Part shown: piece after piece, positions 41,869-51,259 of the stretch
Layout of the letters: the number at the start of each line of letters is the position of its first letter
How positions within the stretch are numbered: position 1 is the stretch's first letter
DNA from: a virus
Direction: 5' to 3' (one strand)
DNA: 64,000 nucleotides
IMG/VR virus record: IMGVR_UViG_3300027870_000001
Coordinates: 22,792-86,791 of that record
The notes under the pieces: model-generated
The model's database searches: none
What the model was told of the DNA's origin: nothing
The model's input: the letters and a program-made list of their open reading frames with translations, nothing else
Position numbers and translations under genes: made by a program

Positions 41869-42480
41869 ATGTCCACCATTTGCTTTGCTGACCTCGAAAC
41901 GACCGGGCTCGACTCCGACTGGCATGAGCCGTGGGAGCTGTGCATCGCCACCTACGACACCGCCTCCCGGCAGGTGACCCAGACCGACACGTGGCTGCTG
42001 CCGCTCATCCACCCCGAACGGGCGGATCCGATGGCGCTCCAGATCGGCGGGTTCTGGCAGCGATGGTCCCGCCCCCTCGCCAACCCCACGATCGTCCGGG
42101 GCGACACCACCATCGACCGCACGCCGCAGGAGCGCCTCAACGCGATCGCCTGGGAGGCGGCTCACCTCCTCGCCGGCCGGTCGCTGATCGGCGCGAACCC
42201 GGCGTTCGACGACCGGTTCCTCACCCAGCTCTGCAAGCGCGCCGGGGTCCCAGCCGCCTGGCACTACCGGCCGGTGTGCATCGAGGCCATGACCTACGGG
42301 TACCTGGCCCGCGACCCGCACGTCACGCTCCCCGAGATGCCGTGGAAGGCCGACGACCTGACCCGGCTCCTCCTCGGCGCCGAGCGCACCGCTGAGCTGG
42401 CCGTCGCCAAGCACACCGCCCTCGGTGACGTCGAGTGGGCGATCGCCATGTACGACACGATCACCGGCCCGGCGTACTGA
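41869..42480 (+). CDS. DnaQ-like DEDDh 3'-5' exonuclease
   Basis: DLETTGL, GANPAFDDRF, HTALGD. Confidence 0.85.
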   Translation: MSTICFADLETTGLDSDWHEPWELCIATYDTASRQVTQTDTWLLPLIHPERADPMALQIGGFWQRWSRPLANPTIVRGDTTIDRTPQERLNAIAWEAAHLLAGRSLIGANPAFDDRFLTQLCKRAGVPAAWHYRPVCIEAMTYGYLARDPHVTLPEMPWKADDLTRLLLGAERTAELAVAKHTALGDVEWAIAMYDTITGPAY

Positions 42481-43250
42481 TGCCCGGCCGGTTCCTCCGT
42501 GGGCTGCGCCGCGCCGGCGCCGCGCTCGACCGGATCCTCGACTGGATGGGGTGGCCGGTCCGCACTCTCGCCGGGAAGGCCAACACGAGGCGCCTGGCGT
42601 GGCGGCGTGCCCGCTGCGAACGCAAGGGCCACCCGATGGCCGGATGGGTGAAGTCGCCGCTGCCCGGGATCACCCCGGCGTACCGGTGCGCCCAACACGA
42701 CCACGCCTACCGGCCCACCAAGCACACCCCGCGCGGCCCGAAGATCATCGAGCGAGGCGGATCCACCGGTCCGACCCCGGCGCCTCCACCACGCTCCCAA
42801 GCGGAGCCGCCACAGCCACCGACCCGTCGCCCGTCGCCCTGCGACAACTACCTGGACGACCTCCAGCCCTGGCCCTACGACAATCTGGGCCAGATGTCGG
42901 GCCGATGCGACAACTGCGGGTGGTCGTCGCGGGCCCATGACTCTGATCCACCGCCGCCAGTCCCGACCGTGACGGTGGTCCTCAACGACCCGGCCACCGA
43001 CAAGGGCCGGCCTGTCGTGTTCGTCGGGACCCCTGACCAGATGGACAAGATCCGGTGGGTCCACCTCGACAAGCGGCGTCCGACGAAGATGCGCCTCGTT
43101 CCGGGCGCGCGCCTCGACCAACGGCAGGTCTGGGTGTGCACCGGCCCGTTCCCTCCCGGCTACGAGACGGTCCCGGCCCACGCAGCCCGGCTCATCGGGC
43201 CCGACGCCCGCGGTGCCCTGGTGTGGCGTCCCGGCTCGCGGCCTCTGTAG
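42480..43250 (+). CDS. Hypothetical protein
   Basis: TGATG overlap. Confidence 0.55.
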   Translation: MPGRFLRGLRRAGAALDRILDWMGWPVRTLAGKANTRRLAWRRARCERKGHPMAGWVKSPLPGITPAYRCAQHDHAYRPTKHTPRGPKIIERGGSTGPTPAPPPRSQAEPPQPPTRRPSPCDNYLDDLQPWPYDNLGQMSGRCDNCGWSSRAHDSDPPPPVPTVTVVLNDPATDKGRPVVFVGTPDQMDKIRWVHLDKRRPTKMRLVPGARLDQRQVWVCTGPFPPGYETVPAHAARLIGPDARGALVWRPGSRPL

Positions 43251-43296
43251 CAGGGATCCACCGCCGGCCGGATCTGGCAGCCATAGCCTCTCGGCC

Positions 43297-44004
43297 ATGG
43301 CACAACTCAAGACGATGATCCGGCTCGATGACCTCACCCTGGACCAGGAGGTCGGCGCCGCACTCGGCACCCTGTTCAGCGGGATCACCGATCAGGTGAA
43401 GGCGACCATTCTCCCGGCCGCGGGGTTCGGTGGCGCACCGAAGGCGGTGGGCCGGTTCACCTACGGCCGCAAGGTCGCCACCATGGACGTGGCCACCGAT
43501 GACGCGTTGTACTACGCCGAGTATGAGCTGACCGTCGAGGTGCCGTACGCGTACGTCCTGTCCGGTCTGGCGACGGCGTTCCAGTCCGCCGTCGGTTCGC
43601 TGGTCATGGACCGCCTGGATCTCGCGTTGGGCGCCTCGCCGCTCGGCACCAACGAGCACCAGACGGTCCTCGTGGTCGCTGACGGTGGCACGTTCCCCCT
43701 CACCTTCGAGGGCCAGACCGTGACCGGCATCGCCTGGAACGCGACCGCCGCCGCGATCAAGACGGCGCTTGCCACGCTGTCGAACCTCGACGCCGCCGAG
43801 ATCGTCACCACCGGTGGCCCGGTCAACTCCGTCGCTGTCAACATCGAGTTCAAGGGCCGCTGGGCCGGGCACAACGTGGACCTCATGACCTCGTCGACCG
43901 CGAGCCTCACCGGTTCCGGGAAGGCTGTCACCGTCGGCACCCCGGTCGCCGGGATCTCTGCTGGCACGCCGACCTTCGGCCAGGAGCGGGTGTACGTCTC
44001 CTGA
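43297..44004 (+). CDS. Virion decoration / minor structural protein
   Basis: NEHQTV...GGTFPLTFEGQTVTGIAWNATAAAIKTALATL module common in actinophage structural proteins; TAGCCT 7 nt upstream. Confidence 0.55.
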   Translation: MAQLKTMIRLDDLTLDQEVGAALGTLFSGITDQVKATILPAAGFGGAPKAVGRFTYGRKVATMDVATDDALYYAEYELTVEVPYAYVLSGLATAFQSAVGSLVMDRLDLALGASPLGTNEHQTVLVVADGGTFPLTFEGQTVTGIAWNATAAAIKTALATLSNLDAAEIVTTGGPVNSVAVNIEFKGRWAGHNVDLMTSSTASLTGSGKAVTVGTPVAGISAGTPTFGQERVYVS

Positions 44005-44048
44005 GCGGGTAGCTACATAAGGCCGGCGACGACCGGCAGGCGGAAATC

Positions 44049-44090
44049 GAGGGGTGGTCACTGGGGTCTTGGGCCCGGTGGCCACCCCTC
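44049..44090 (+). terminator. Terminator-like hairpin
   Basis: GAGGGGTGGTCAC/GTGGCCACCCCTC. Confidence 0.65.
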
Positions 44091-44104
44091 AACCGTTTCC
44101 CCCC

Positions 44105-44126
44105 ACTGTCTCCGGTCTGCTACAGT
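44105..44126 (+). promoter_or_regulatory. Repeat promoter (leadered) upstream of ParB-family gene
   Basis: ACTGTCTCCGGTCTGCTACAGT. Confidence 0.75.
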
Positions 44127-44168
44127 TGCGGGAGTTATCCCATCAACCCCAACAGAGGTATCCCCAAC

Positions 44169-45587
44169 ATGCCCACCAAGACCAAGGCCGCAGCTCACGA
44201 AGCTGACGGCACCCTCATCCACCTCGACCCCAAGGTGCTCGCCGCTCACCCGGCGAACGTCCGGTCCAAGCTCGGATCCGTGAAGGATCTCGTCGCCTCC
44301 GTCAAGCAGGTCGGTGTCATCGAACCGATCATCGTCGCACCCGACGAAGACGGAGGCTGGCGCATCATCGCCGGTCACCGCCGCTCCGCCGCCGCGGTCG
44401 AAGCCGGGCTTGGCACCGTCCCGTGCCTGGTGCGCTCCGATCTCGGAGCCACCGACTCCACCACCCGGGCCGCGATGCTCGTCGAGAACGTCCACCGTGA
44501 ACGGCTCACCGCCGGTGACGAAGCCATGGCGGTGCAGCAGCTCGCCCTCGGTGGCATGACCGCCGCCGGGATCGCGAAGGCCACCGGCATCCCCGCCAAG
44601 CAGGTAAAGGCCGGGCTCGCCGTCGCCGCCTCCGACGTGTCGACCGCGATCGCCACCAAGTTCGACGTCACCCTCGACCAGGCCGCAGCCCTCGCGGAGT
44701 TCGGAGACGACGACGAGATCGTCAAGAAGCTGACCGTCGTCGCCGTCGAAGCACCGGGCCGGTTCCCGCACCTCGTGCAGCAGCACCGTGACGAACGGGC
44801 CGCTGCCGCAGCCCGCGAAGCTCTGGTCGAGGAGTTCACCGCCAAGGGCTACGAGATCCTCAAGGGCTGGGACATCGGCCGTCGGATCGACGGGCTCCTC
44901 AACGACAAGGGCAAGCAGCTCACCGAGGCCGGGCACAAGACCTGCCCGCACCGGGCCGTGGTGCTCTCGTTCGCTGGGAACGTCGTGCACTTCTGCCTCG
45001 ACCCCGAAGCCGCCGGCCACAAGGACCAGGACCCGCACACCGCGAAGGTCAAGGCCCAGAAGACCGACGAGGAGAACAGCGCCGAACGGGCCGAGGTCAT
45101 CACCAACAACAAGCTGTGGCGCTCGGCCGAGAAGGTCCGCACAGACGCGGTCCGTCAGCTCCTCGCCCGCAAGAAGGCACCGGCCGGGGCCATCGAGTTC
45201 GCGGTGTCGGTCGCGCTCACCGACCCGGGGATCCTCATCGACGCCAACGACCTCACGATCGCTGAGGCCCTCGGGCGTGATCCGGGCGGGCTCGACAAGT
45301 GGCAGCGTCGCCTCGCCGCCGAGCTGATCGACGCCGAGCCGCTCACCCCGGGCCGGGCCGCGAGCTTGCTCCTCCTCCAGGTCGCGGTCGGGATCGAGTC
45401 CCGGCTCGGGATCCACTCGTGGCGGCAGCCGTCGAAGTCGGCCGCGGCGTGGTTCCGGTTCCTGGAGTCGACCGGGTACGGGCTCTCCGACATCGAGGAG
45501 GCCACCGCTGTCGCCGCCGAGACGGGCGCACCGAAGGCCGTCATCGTCGCCCCTGTCGAAGCTGACGAGCCCGCAGGGGACGCCTGA
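44169..45587 (+). CDS. ParB/RepB/Spo0J-family protein with HTH
   Basis: HPANVR, SVKQVGVIEPIIV, IIAGHRR, VENVHRERL, HTH TAAGIAKATG. Confidence 0.85.
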   Translation: MPTKTKAAAHEADGTLIHLDPKVLAAHPANVRSKLGSVKDLVASVKQVGVIEPIIVAPDEDGGWRIIAGHRRSAAAVEAGLGTVPCLVRSDLGATDSTTRAAMLVENVHRERLTAGDEAMAVQQLALGGMTAAGIAKATGIPAKQVKAGLAVAASDVSTAIATKFDVTLDQAAALAEFGDDDEIVKKLTVVAVEAPGRFPHLVQQHRDERAAAAAREALVEEFTAKGYEILKGWDIGRRIDGLLNDKGKQLTEAGHKTCPHRAVVLSFAGNVVHFCLDPEAAGHKDQDPHTAKVKAQKTDEENSAERAEVITNNKLWRSAEKVRTDAVRQLLARKKAPAGAIEFAVSVALTDPGILIDANDLTIAEALGRDPGGLDKWQRRLAAELIDAEPLTPGRAASLLLLQVAVGIESRLGIHSWRQPSKSAAAWFRFLESTGYGLSDIEEATAVAAETGAPKAVIVAPVEADEPAGDA

Positions 45588-45588
45588 G

Positions 45589-46208
45589 ATGGGCGACCGT
45601 GTCCGTCACGTCCTCCTGGACGTCACCGCCGCTCAAGGCGGGTTCCCGTCGGTGCGGGTCGTGAGGTGGGGCAGCACCCGTGTCGTCGAAGGCCCGGTCA
45701 CCCTGGAGGAGGCGCTGCTCCTCTCGGACGACCTCCGCCGTGCCGCCGAAGCCGGCCAGGAGCTGCACCGCCGGTACGCCGACGACCGCGACCTCGCCCA
45801 CCAGGCCCGCCGCAAGGCGCCCACCGAAGGGGACGGAGGGACGTGACGGCCCGCGACCTGGAGTTCCCCGGCCAACCGTCACCCCCGAACCGGAGGGTGA
45901 TCGGACTCGTGCTCACCGAGTACGAGTCGGAGCTCATCATCGACGCGATGTACGAGGCCCAGTGGTTGGGCAGCCTCGGAGAGGCCGTGCGCGCGCTCCG
46001 AGGCCGGTGGCTGGAGATCCACCGGGAGACGTGGCCACCCGAGCCCTCGGAGGTGGTGACCGTCGCCGTGACAGTCGCCGGCAACCGGAGACGGGCCGAC
46101 GCCCTCGCCGTCCCGGCCGTCGCCTCACCGACCAACCTGTGGCCCGACCACCAGACCAGGATCGACACGATCCTCCACCACGACCGCGGCACGATCCGCT
46201 CAAACTGA
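45589..46208 (+). other. Hypothetical CDS 45589-45846 and 45843-46208
   Basis: Coupled ORFs. Confidence 0.5.
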
Positions 46209-46220
46209 GGAGGCCCCGAC

Positions 46221-47387
46221 GTGGGTGACAAGACCGGAATCGAGTGGGCCGACGACACGTGGAACCCGCTCATCGGCTGCTCGAAGATCACCGAAGGATG
46301 CCGGTGGTGCTACGCGATCGGGTCCGTGCATCGCGGCATGTCCCCGCAGCACCTTGGGCTCACGATCAAGCGCCCTGGGGAGGCCGTGGACTGGACCGGT
46401 GAGGTCCGACTGGTGCCGCACCTGTTCGACAAGCCGTCCCGGCACAAGACCGGTCGACGGATCTTCGTCAACTCCCTGTCGGACCTGTTCCACCCGAGCG
46501 TGATCGACCACCCGCCGCTCACCGACGAGGGGGTCCGGTGCGCCCGCTGCGTCGACGGCACGATCACCACCCGCCGCAACGACGAGACGCACACCAAGGT
46601 CTGCCCGTCGTGCGCCGGCACCGGGGTGTTCCCCCTCAAGATCACGGCGCCCCGGTCGCCCATCGCGCACCTCGTGACCGAGATGGTCGCGAACCCGCAG
46701 CACAAGTTCCAGGTGCTCACCAAGCGGCCGCAGCTCATGGCCCGGATCCTCGCCTCACCCGAGTTCCGCCTGGAGGTCAACGCCTGCCTCATGGAGCGCG
46801 GCCTACCGCCGATGCCCGGGGGGATGACCGACCCGGACTTCGCGTGGCCACGGCACATCTGGTGGGGCTGCTCGATCGAGCTCGACAAGTACGCCTTCCG
46901 AGCGAACTACCTCCGTGCGATCAACGGGCTCCGGTGGATCTCGGCCGAGCCGCTCCTCGGTGGGCTCCCCTCGCTTGACCTGACCGGGATCGACTGGGTC
47001 GTCGCCGGTGGCGAGACGCTCAGCGACAACGCCTGCCACCCCGACTGGGTGCGCGACCTCCGCGACCGGTGCTCGTGCACCGGCGCCCGAAACTGCCAGG
47101 CGCACCGCCACACCTTCGGCTGCTACGCCGGGACCCGGCGCGAGCACACTGATCGCCCCACCGCGTTCCTGTTCAAGCAGTGGGGAGACTGGCTCCCATG
47201 GAACCAGGCTGACCCGACCCTGGTGACGACCCACCGCCCGACCCACGGCCTCTACGCCTCTGGCACCCTCGTCGAGGGCGACGTCGGCCACCCGGCCGAT
47301 CCCGGCAAGGCCGACGTCATCCGGGTCGGGCACCACGCCGCCGGCCGGATGCTCGACGGCCGGAAGTGGGACGAGTACCCGTCGTGA
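46221..47387 (+). CDS. Phage Gp37/Gp68 (DUF5131) radical-SAM-like protein
   Basis: TGIEWADDTWNP, GCSKITEGCRWCYA, FVNSLSDLFH, QVLTKRP, SAEPLL, DWVVAGGE, FKQWG. Confidence 0.9.
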   Translation: MGDKTGIEWADDTWNPLIGCSKITEGCRWCYAIGSVHRGMSPQHLGLTIKRPGEAVDWTGEVRLVPHLFDKPSRHKTGRRIFVNSLSDLFHPSVIDHPPLTDEGVRCARCVDGTITTRRNDETHTKVCPSCAGTGVFPLKITAPRSPIAHLVTEMVANPQHKFQVLTKRPQLMARILASPEFRLEVNACLMERGLPPMPGGMTDPDFAWPRHIWWGCSIELDKYAFRANYLRAINGLRWISAEPLLGGLPSLDLTGIDWVVAGGETLSDNACHPDWVRDLRDRCSCTGARNCQAHRHTFGCYAGTRREHTDRPTAFLFKQWGDWLPWNQADPTLVTTHRPTHGLYASGTLVEGDVGHPADPGKADVIRVGHHAAGRMLDGRKWDEYPS

Positions 47388-48172
47388 CCGACGTCGAGGA
47401 CGAGGAGCTGCCCGAGCCGGCCGAAGGCGAGGAGGGCAACGTCATCTTCGCCATGGGGAAGTGGCGCACCAACGCCGAGATGATCCGCGACGCGGTCGTC
47501 CCGCTCCGCCACCTCCGCCCCGAATGGTCGACGGTCGACCCGTGCTGGGGGCTCGGACTGATGTGGACCCTGTGGGAACCGGAGGTCATGTACGGCTACG
47601 ACCTCGACCCGGCGAAGTCCCCGACCGGGCTGTCGGTCGACGCCTGCAACGTCCCTCACGACGACCACTCGGTCGACGTCGCGTTCCTCGACGGCCCCTA
47701 CAAGCTGAACGGCCGACCCGACGTGCCGGTCGACTCCCGCTACGGGGTCCACGAGTGGGCGACCCGCGAGGGCCGGCACCAGCTCCTCCGCAACATCGTC
47801 ACCGACGGCTGCCGGTACGCCCGGCACCGGGTCCTGGTGAAGGCCCAGGACCAGACCAACGGTGGCCGGGTCCGGTGGCAGACCGAGATGCTCACCGAGC
47901 ACGCCCGCGATCTCGGCTGGGAGAAGGTCGAGTCGTGGCTGTTCCCGTCGTACCGGGCCCAGGCCCGCCGCGCGACGTGCCTGGTGTGCGACAGGAAGCT
48001 CATGCGACGCAAGGACGGGGTCTGGCGCACGAACACCCGGAAGACAGCCCCGACCGCGTCCTGCGTGCCTGACGGGCCGCTCCACAACCCGGGCCCTGAC
48101 GAGCAGGACCACGCCCGCCGCAACTACTCGACCCTGATGGCGTTCGCGCCAGCGAAAGGACGCAGAGCATGA
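47384..48172 (+). CDS. Amino-type DNA methyltransferase-like protein
   Basis: TVDPCWGLG SAM-binding-like motif; FLDGPY (DPPY variant); LVKAQD; HARRNYS. Confidence 0.6.
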   Translation: MTDVEDEELPEPAEGEEGNVIFAMGKWRTNAEMIRDAVVPLRHLRPEWSTVDPCWGLGLMWTLWEPEVMYGYDLDPAKSPTGLSVDACNVPHDDHSVDVAFLDGPYKLNGRPDVPVDSRYGVHEWATREGRHQLLRNIVTDGCRYARHRVLVKAQDQTNGGRVRWQTEMLTEHARDLGWEKVESWLFPSYRAQARRATCLVCDRKLMRRKDGVWRTNTRKTAPTASCVPDGPLHNPGPDEQDHARRNYSTLMAFAPAKGRRA

Positions 48173-48744
48173 CCGACGACCGGCTCACCTCCGTCTCTCG
48201 CCCGCTCGACTACCGGACCGCGATCGACGAGCACCTCGCCGCGCTCCACGCCGAGCTGACCGCCCACCGCGACGGGATCCTCGCCGTGGCCATGGCGTTC
48301 ACCGACCCCGACCACCGGTACCTCGTGCGCTGGGTCGACGGCGAGAGGCTCGACCTCGGTGTCACCCGCGACCCCGGCCTCCTCGCCCGAGACGACCTGC
48401 GCCTGTGGGCCGAGCAGGATCCGCCGACGATCTGGTGCGACCTGCCCGCCACCGCGGCAGCCGCCTCGACGATCGAGATCGAGATCCCCGAGGTGCCCAT
48501 GGACCCGAAGTACCGGGCGGTCCTCGACGCTGCGCCGTGCGAGGCCCGCCGGCTGGCCGGGCAGATCGTCGAGCTGGTCGACAACGAGGGAGACGGCAAC
48601 GAGATCCTGCTCCTCGTGTTCGCCCTCGCCGCGGTGGCGATCCGCGACGGTGACGCCCTGGACCTCCTCGCCCTCATGCTCGGGGAGGACACCTACGACG
48701 TCGACGCCGTGGTCCAGTCCACGGACCGCACCATCCCCCGGTAA
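48169..48744 (+). CDS. Hypothetical protein
   Basis: ATGA overlap, AAGGA RBS. Confidence 0.55.
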   Translation: MTDDRLTSVSRPLDYRTAIDEHLAALHAELTAHRDGILAVAMAFTDPDHRYLVRWVDGERLDLGVTRDPGLLARDDLRLWAEQDPPTIWCDLPATAAAASTIEIEIPEVPMDPKYRAVLDAAPCEARRLAGQIVELVDNEGDGNEILLLVFALAAVAIRDGDALDLLALMLGEDTYDVDAVVQSTDRTIPR

Positions 48745-48766
48745 CCGTCACCCCTCGTGCTACAGT
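48744..48766 (+). promoter_or_regulatory. Repeat promoter, leaderless start at 48775
   Basis: ACCGTCACCCCTCGTGCTACAGT, 8 nt to ATG. Confidence 0.8.
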
Positions 48767-48774
48767 CGCACCCC

Positions 48775-49769
48775 ATGAACGCACCCCAACGCACCCACGA
48801 CCCATTCGACGACCGACTGAGCCCCGCCGCCGTGGCCGCGGTGATCACCGCGATCGTGCTGATCCTCTGGATCGCCGTCGCCTGGCACCACACCTCCGAC
48901 CGGTGCCTGGCCCGCGGCGGGATCCTCGTCACGTCCGCCGACGTGGCCCACGGGTTCACGACCTGCGCGATGCCCCGATGACCGACGAACCGGTCAACAC
49001 GTTCGACATGTTCTTCGAGGAGTTCACCGCACTGGCCAACAGGTCCGCCGCCTCCGGTGCGATCCACCGCGGGGACGGCACGATCGAGCATTGGCGCACC
49101 CTGCCCGACGGCACCATCGAACGATGGAAGACCGGCGGCGGATGGAACGGGCTCCAGGCCGCGATCGACGAGTACAAGGACAACCCGACGGCCGAGACGC
49201 AAGACGCCATGACCGCCGCCGCCAAGGAGGTCTGGCCCGACGGGATCATCCTCGAAGGCGGACGGATCGACGGCGCCTCCCTCGACCCGAACGGCCTCGG
49301 CTGGGTGCGCTGGTCGGTCGACAACACCGGCACCACCATCCGCCGGCACCGGCCGCGCCGAACGGTCCGGTCCCTTGGCCACCGCCAGCTCCGCCTCAAC
49401 TTCTACGACCGGCGCGACTGGGGCCGCACGATCCGGCTCCTCCAACGGGCGAAGCCGGTGCGAGGATGGCAGCTCAAGGCCCGGTCCCGTCGGTCGCTGG
49501 CCCGTGCGGTCGAACAGGGCCGGTTCGTCCGCCACGACGGCGGGATGCTTGACCTGGGTGTCATCCCCGGTGCGAACGACGGCGACGACGAGCGGGACCC
49601 GGTCCTGTTCGCTCCGGGCACCTTCACCCGGATGGAAGGCGCAATCGACCTGTTCGCCCTCACCCCCGCCGTCGACACCCCGGAGCCTGAGCCGTGGCCA
49701 GCGGAGTTCCCGCAGGCCGAGCGCGGCAAGATCGCGTTCCTCCCCATCGAAGGCCCGGCCGATGCCTGA
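48775..49769 (+). other. Small membrane protein 48775-48981 and hypothetical protein 48978-49769
   Basis: Hydrophobic segment VAAVITAIVLILWIAVAW; coupled. Confidence 0.55.
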
Positions 49770-50070
49770 CCGCGGCGAGGTCCGCGAGTGGCTTCGCCTC
49801 CCCCGGGCCACGATCTGGCCGTGCCCACCGTCGTCGGGGATCACCGGATCCGACGACACCCTGGTGCTGCTCGACCTCCTGGCCAACCCGTTCGGCTGGT
49901 CCGCGGGGGACGCCGCCCGCCGTCTCGGCTGGCGCGGCACCGGGCAGGGCCCACGGCTGCGGGCCACCCGGGCGGTGAACCGGCTGGCCAAGGCTGGGCT
50001 CGTCGAGCGCACCCACGGCAAGACGAACACGTGGCGCGCGCTCTGCGCCCCGGTCGACATCGACCTGTGA
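49762..50070 (+). CDS. Winged helix-turn-helix protein
   Basis: WSAGDAARRLG...ATRAVNRLAKAGLVER. Confidence 0.55.
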   Translation: MPDRGEVREWLRLPRATIWPCPPSSGITGSDDTLVLLDLLANPFGWSAGDAARRLGWRGTGQGPRLRATRAVNRLAKAGLVERTHGKTNTWRALCAPVDIDL

Positions 50071-50345
50071 GCCTCCCGGTCGCTCACTCGGGCCGGGTTC
50101 ACGTCGCCGCCGGCCGGTGCGCGACGTGCATCTTCCGGCCGGGGAACCTCATGGACTTGGCCGAGGGTCGGGTCGAGGGGATGGTCGAGGAGGCCGTCGC
50201 GAACGAGTCGGTGATCGTGTGCCACGACACGACGCATGGCCAGGCCGAGCAGGAGCTGGTGTGCCGCGGCTACTTCGAGCGGCACGCCCGACACGTGGTG
50301 GCGCTTCGGTTGGCGGTTGCGATTGGCTGCGTGGAACTGATCTGA
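50067..50345 (+). CDS. Cys-rich protein (similar pattern to 21813-22319)
   Basis: CATCIFR...IVCHDT...VCRGY. Confidence 0.55.
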   Translation: MSLPVAHSGRVHVAAGRCATCIFRPGNLMDLAEGRVEGMVEEAVANESVIVCHDTTHGQAEQELVCRGYFERHARHVVALRLAVAIGCVELI

Positions 50346-50346
50346 T

Positions 50347-50384
50347 ATTGGGGGTTGTGCGACTGTCTCACGTCGTGCTACAGT
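50347..50384 (+). promoter_or_regulatory. Repeat promoter, start at 50392 (alternative 50431)
   Basis: Exact 38-bp duplicate of 36152-36189; 7 nt to ATG. Confidence 0.85.
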
Positions 50385-50391
50385 GACATTC

Positions 50392-50925
50392 ATGGAAGCA
50401 ACCGCTACCCACACCACCAAGGAGCACACCATGAACGCAGTCCGCACCGCCAAGCTCACCCCCGCCCAGCACGCCCTGGCCACCGACCTCGGCTTCGAGG
50501 TCCCCACCACCCGCAGCATCGTCGTCACCGACAAGCCGCTCAAGGCCCTCGCCACCGCCGCCAAGGACGCCGGGCCCAAGAGCACGGCGTTCCTGCTCCT
50601 CGGGAAGATCGGCGCCGCCCTCGCCCTCGCCGGTGACTCCACCAACCTGGAGCCCGACCCCGAGCCGGTCCCCGCCGGTGACCTGCCCACGGTCGAGGGT
50701 GCCACCGTCACCCCGATCGAGGTGCCCGAGGGCACCACGGCCACGGCCACCCGCCCGATCGCCTTCCGCTCCTCGACCTCGGCCCGCACCGCCCGGTTCG
50801 GATCCACCGAGAAGGCCCTCGCCTGGATCACCAAGGCGTTCGCGGGAGCCGACCCCGAGATGGAGTGGGCCGACGTCATGGACCCGGCCACCGGCACCGG
50901 CTTCCGGGTCACCAAGGTCGCCTGA
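50392..50925 (+). CDS. Hypothetical protein
   Basis: Promoter-defined start; AAGGAG before 50431. Confidence 0.6.
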   Translation: MEATATHTTKEHTMNAVRTAKLTPAQHALATDLGFEVPTTRSIVVTDKPLKALATAAKDAGPKSTAFLLLGKIGAALALAGDSTNLEPDPEPVPAGDLPTVEGATVTPIEVPEGTTATATRPIAFRSSTSARTARFGSTEKALAWITKAFAGADPEMEWADVMDPATGTGFRVTKVA

Positions 50926-50992
50926 CCCGCCAAGATCCCGAGGCCCCCGCAGCCCCTCCCCCAGCCCCCTTCGGGCCGGGAGGCCCGGTGAA

Positions 50993-51030
50993 GAAACGAC
51001 CCTCCTGGCTTCGGCCCGGGGGGTCGTTTC
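50993..51030 (+). terminator. Terminator-like hairpin ending the accessory region
   Basis: GAAACGACCC...GGGTCGTTTC with inner TTCG loop. Confidence 0.75.
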
Positions 51031-51259
51031 GCGTCGGCCCCGAGCGCCGCTGACCCCTCCCGCTGGGGGTGACCGCCCACCCGACCTGGCGGGGCCGTCA
51101 GCGTCCACACGGGCGGACTGATAGCAGCCTGTACCCAGACCATCCACTTCCAAGCGACGAAGCGGCCGTAACTTCTGGTCAACCCGGTGTGGCCGGGGCA
51201 CGACCCGGCGTGGCCGGATCGGGAACAACATCACCCGATTCGCTGATGGAGGCGAAGTT

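Noticed and set aside
2071-50384. Repeat motif as a CRISPR array or integron attC sites
   Set aside because: Copies are hundreds to thousands of bp apart, degenerate and shaped like promoters; no cas or integrase genes in the window
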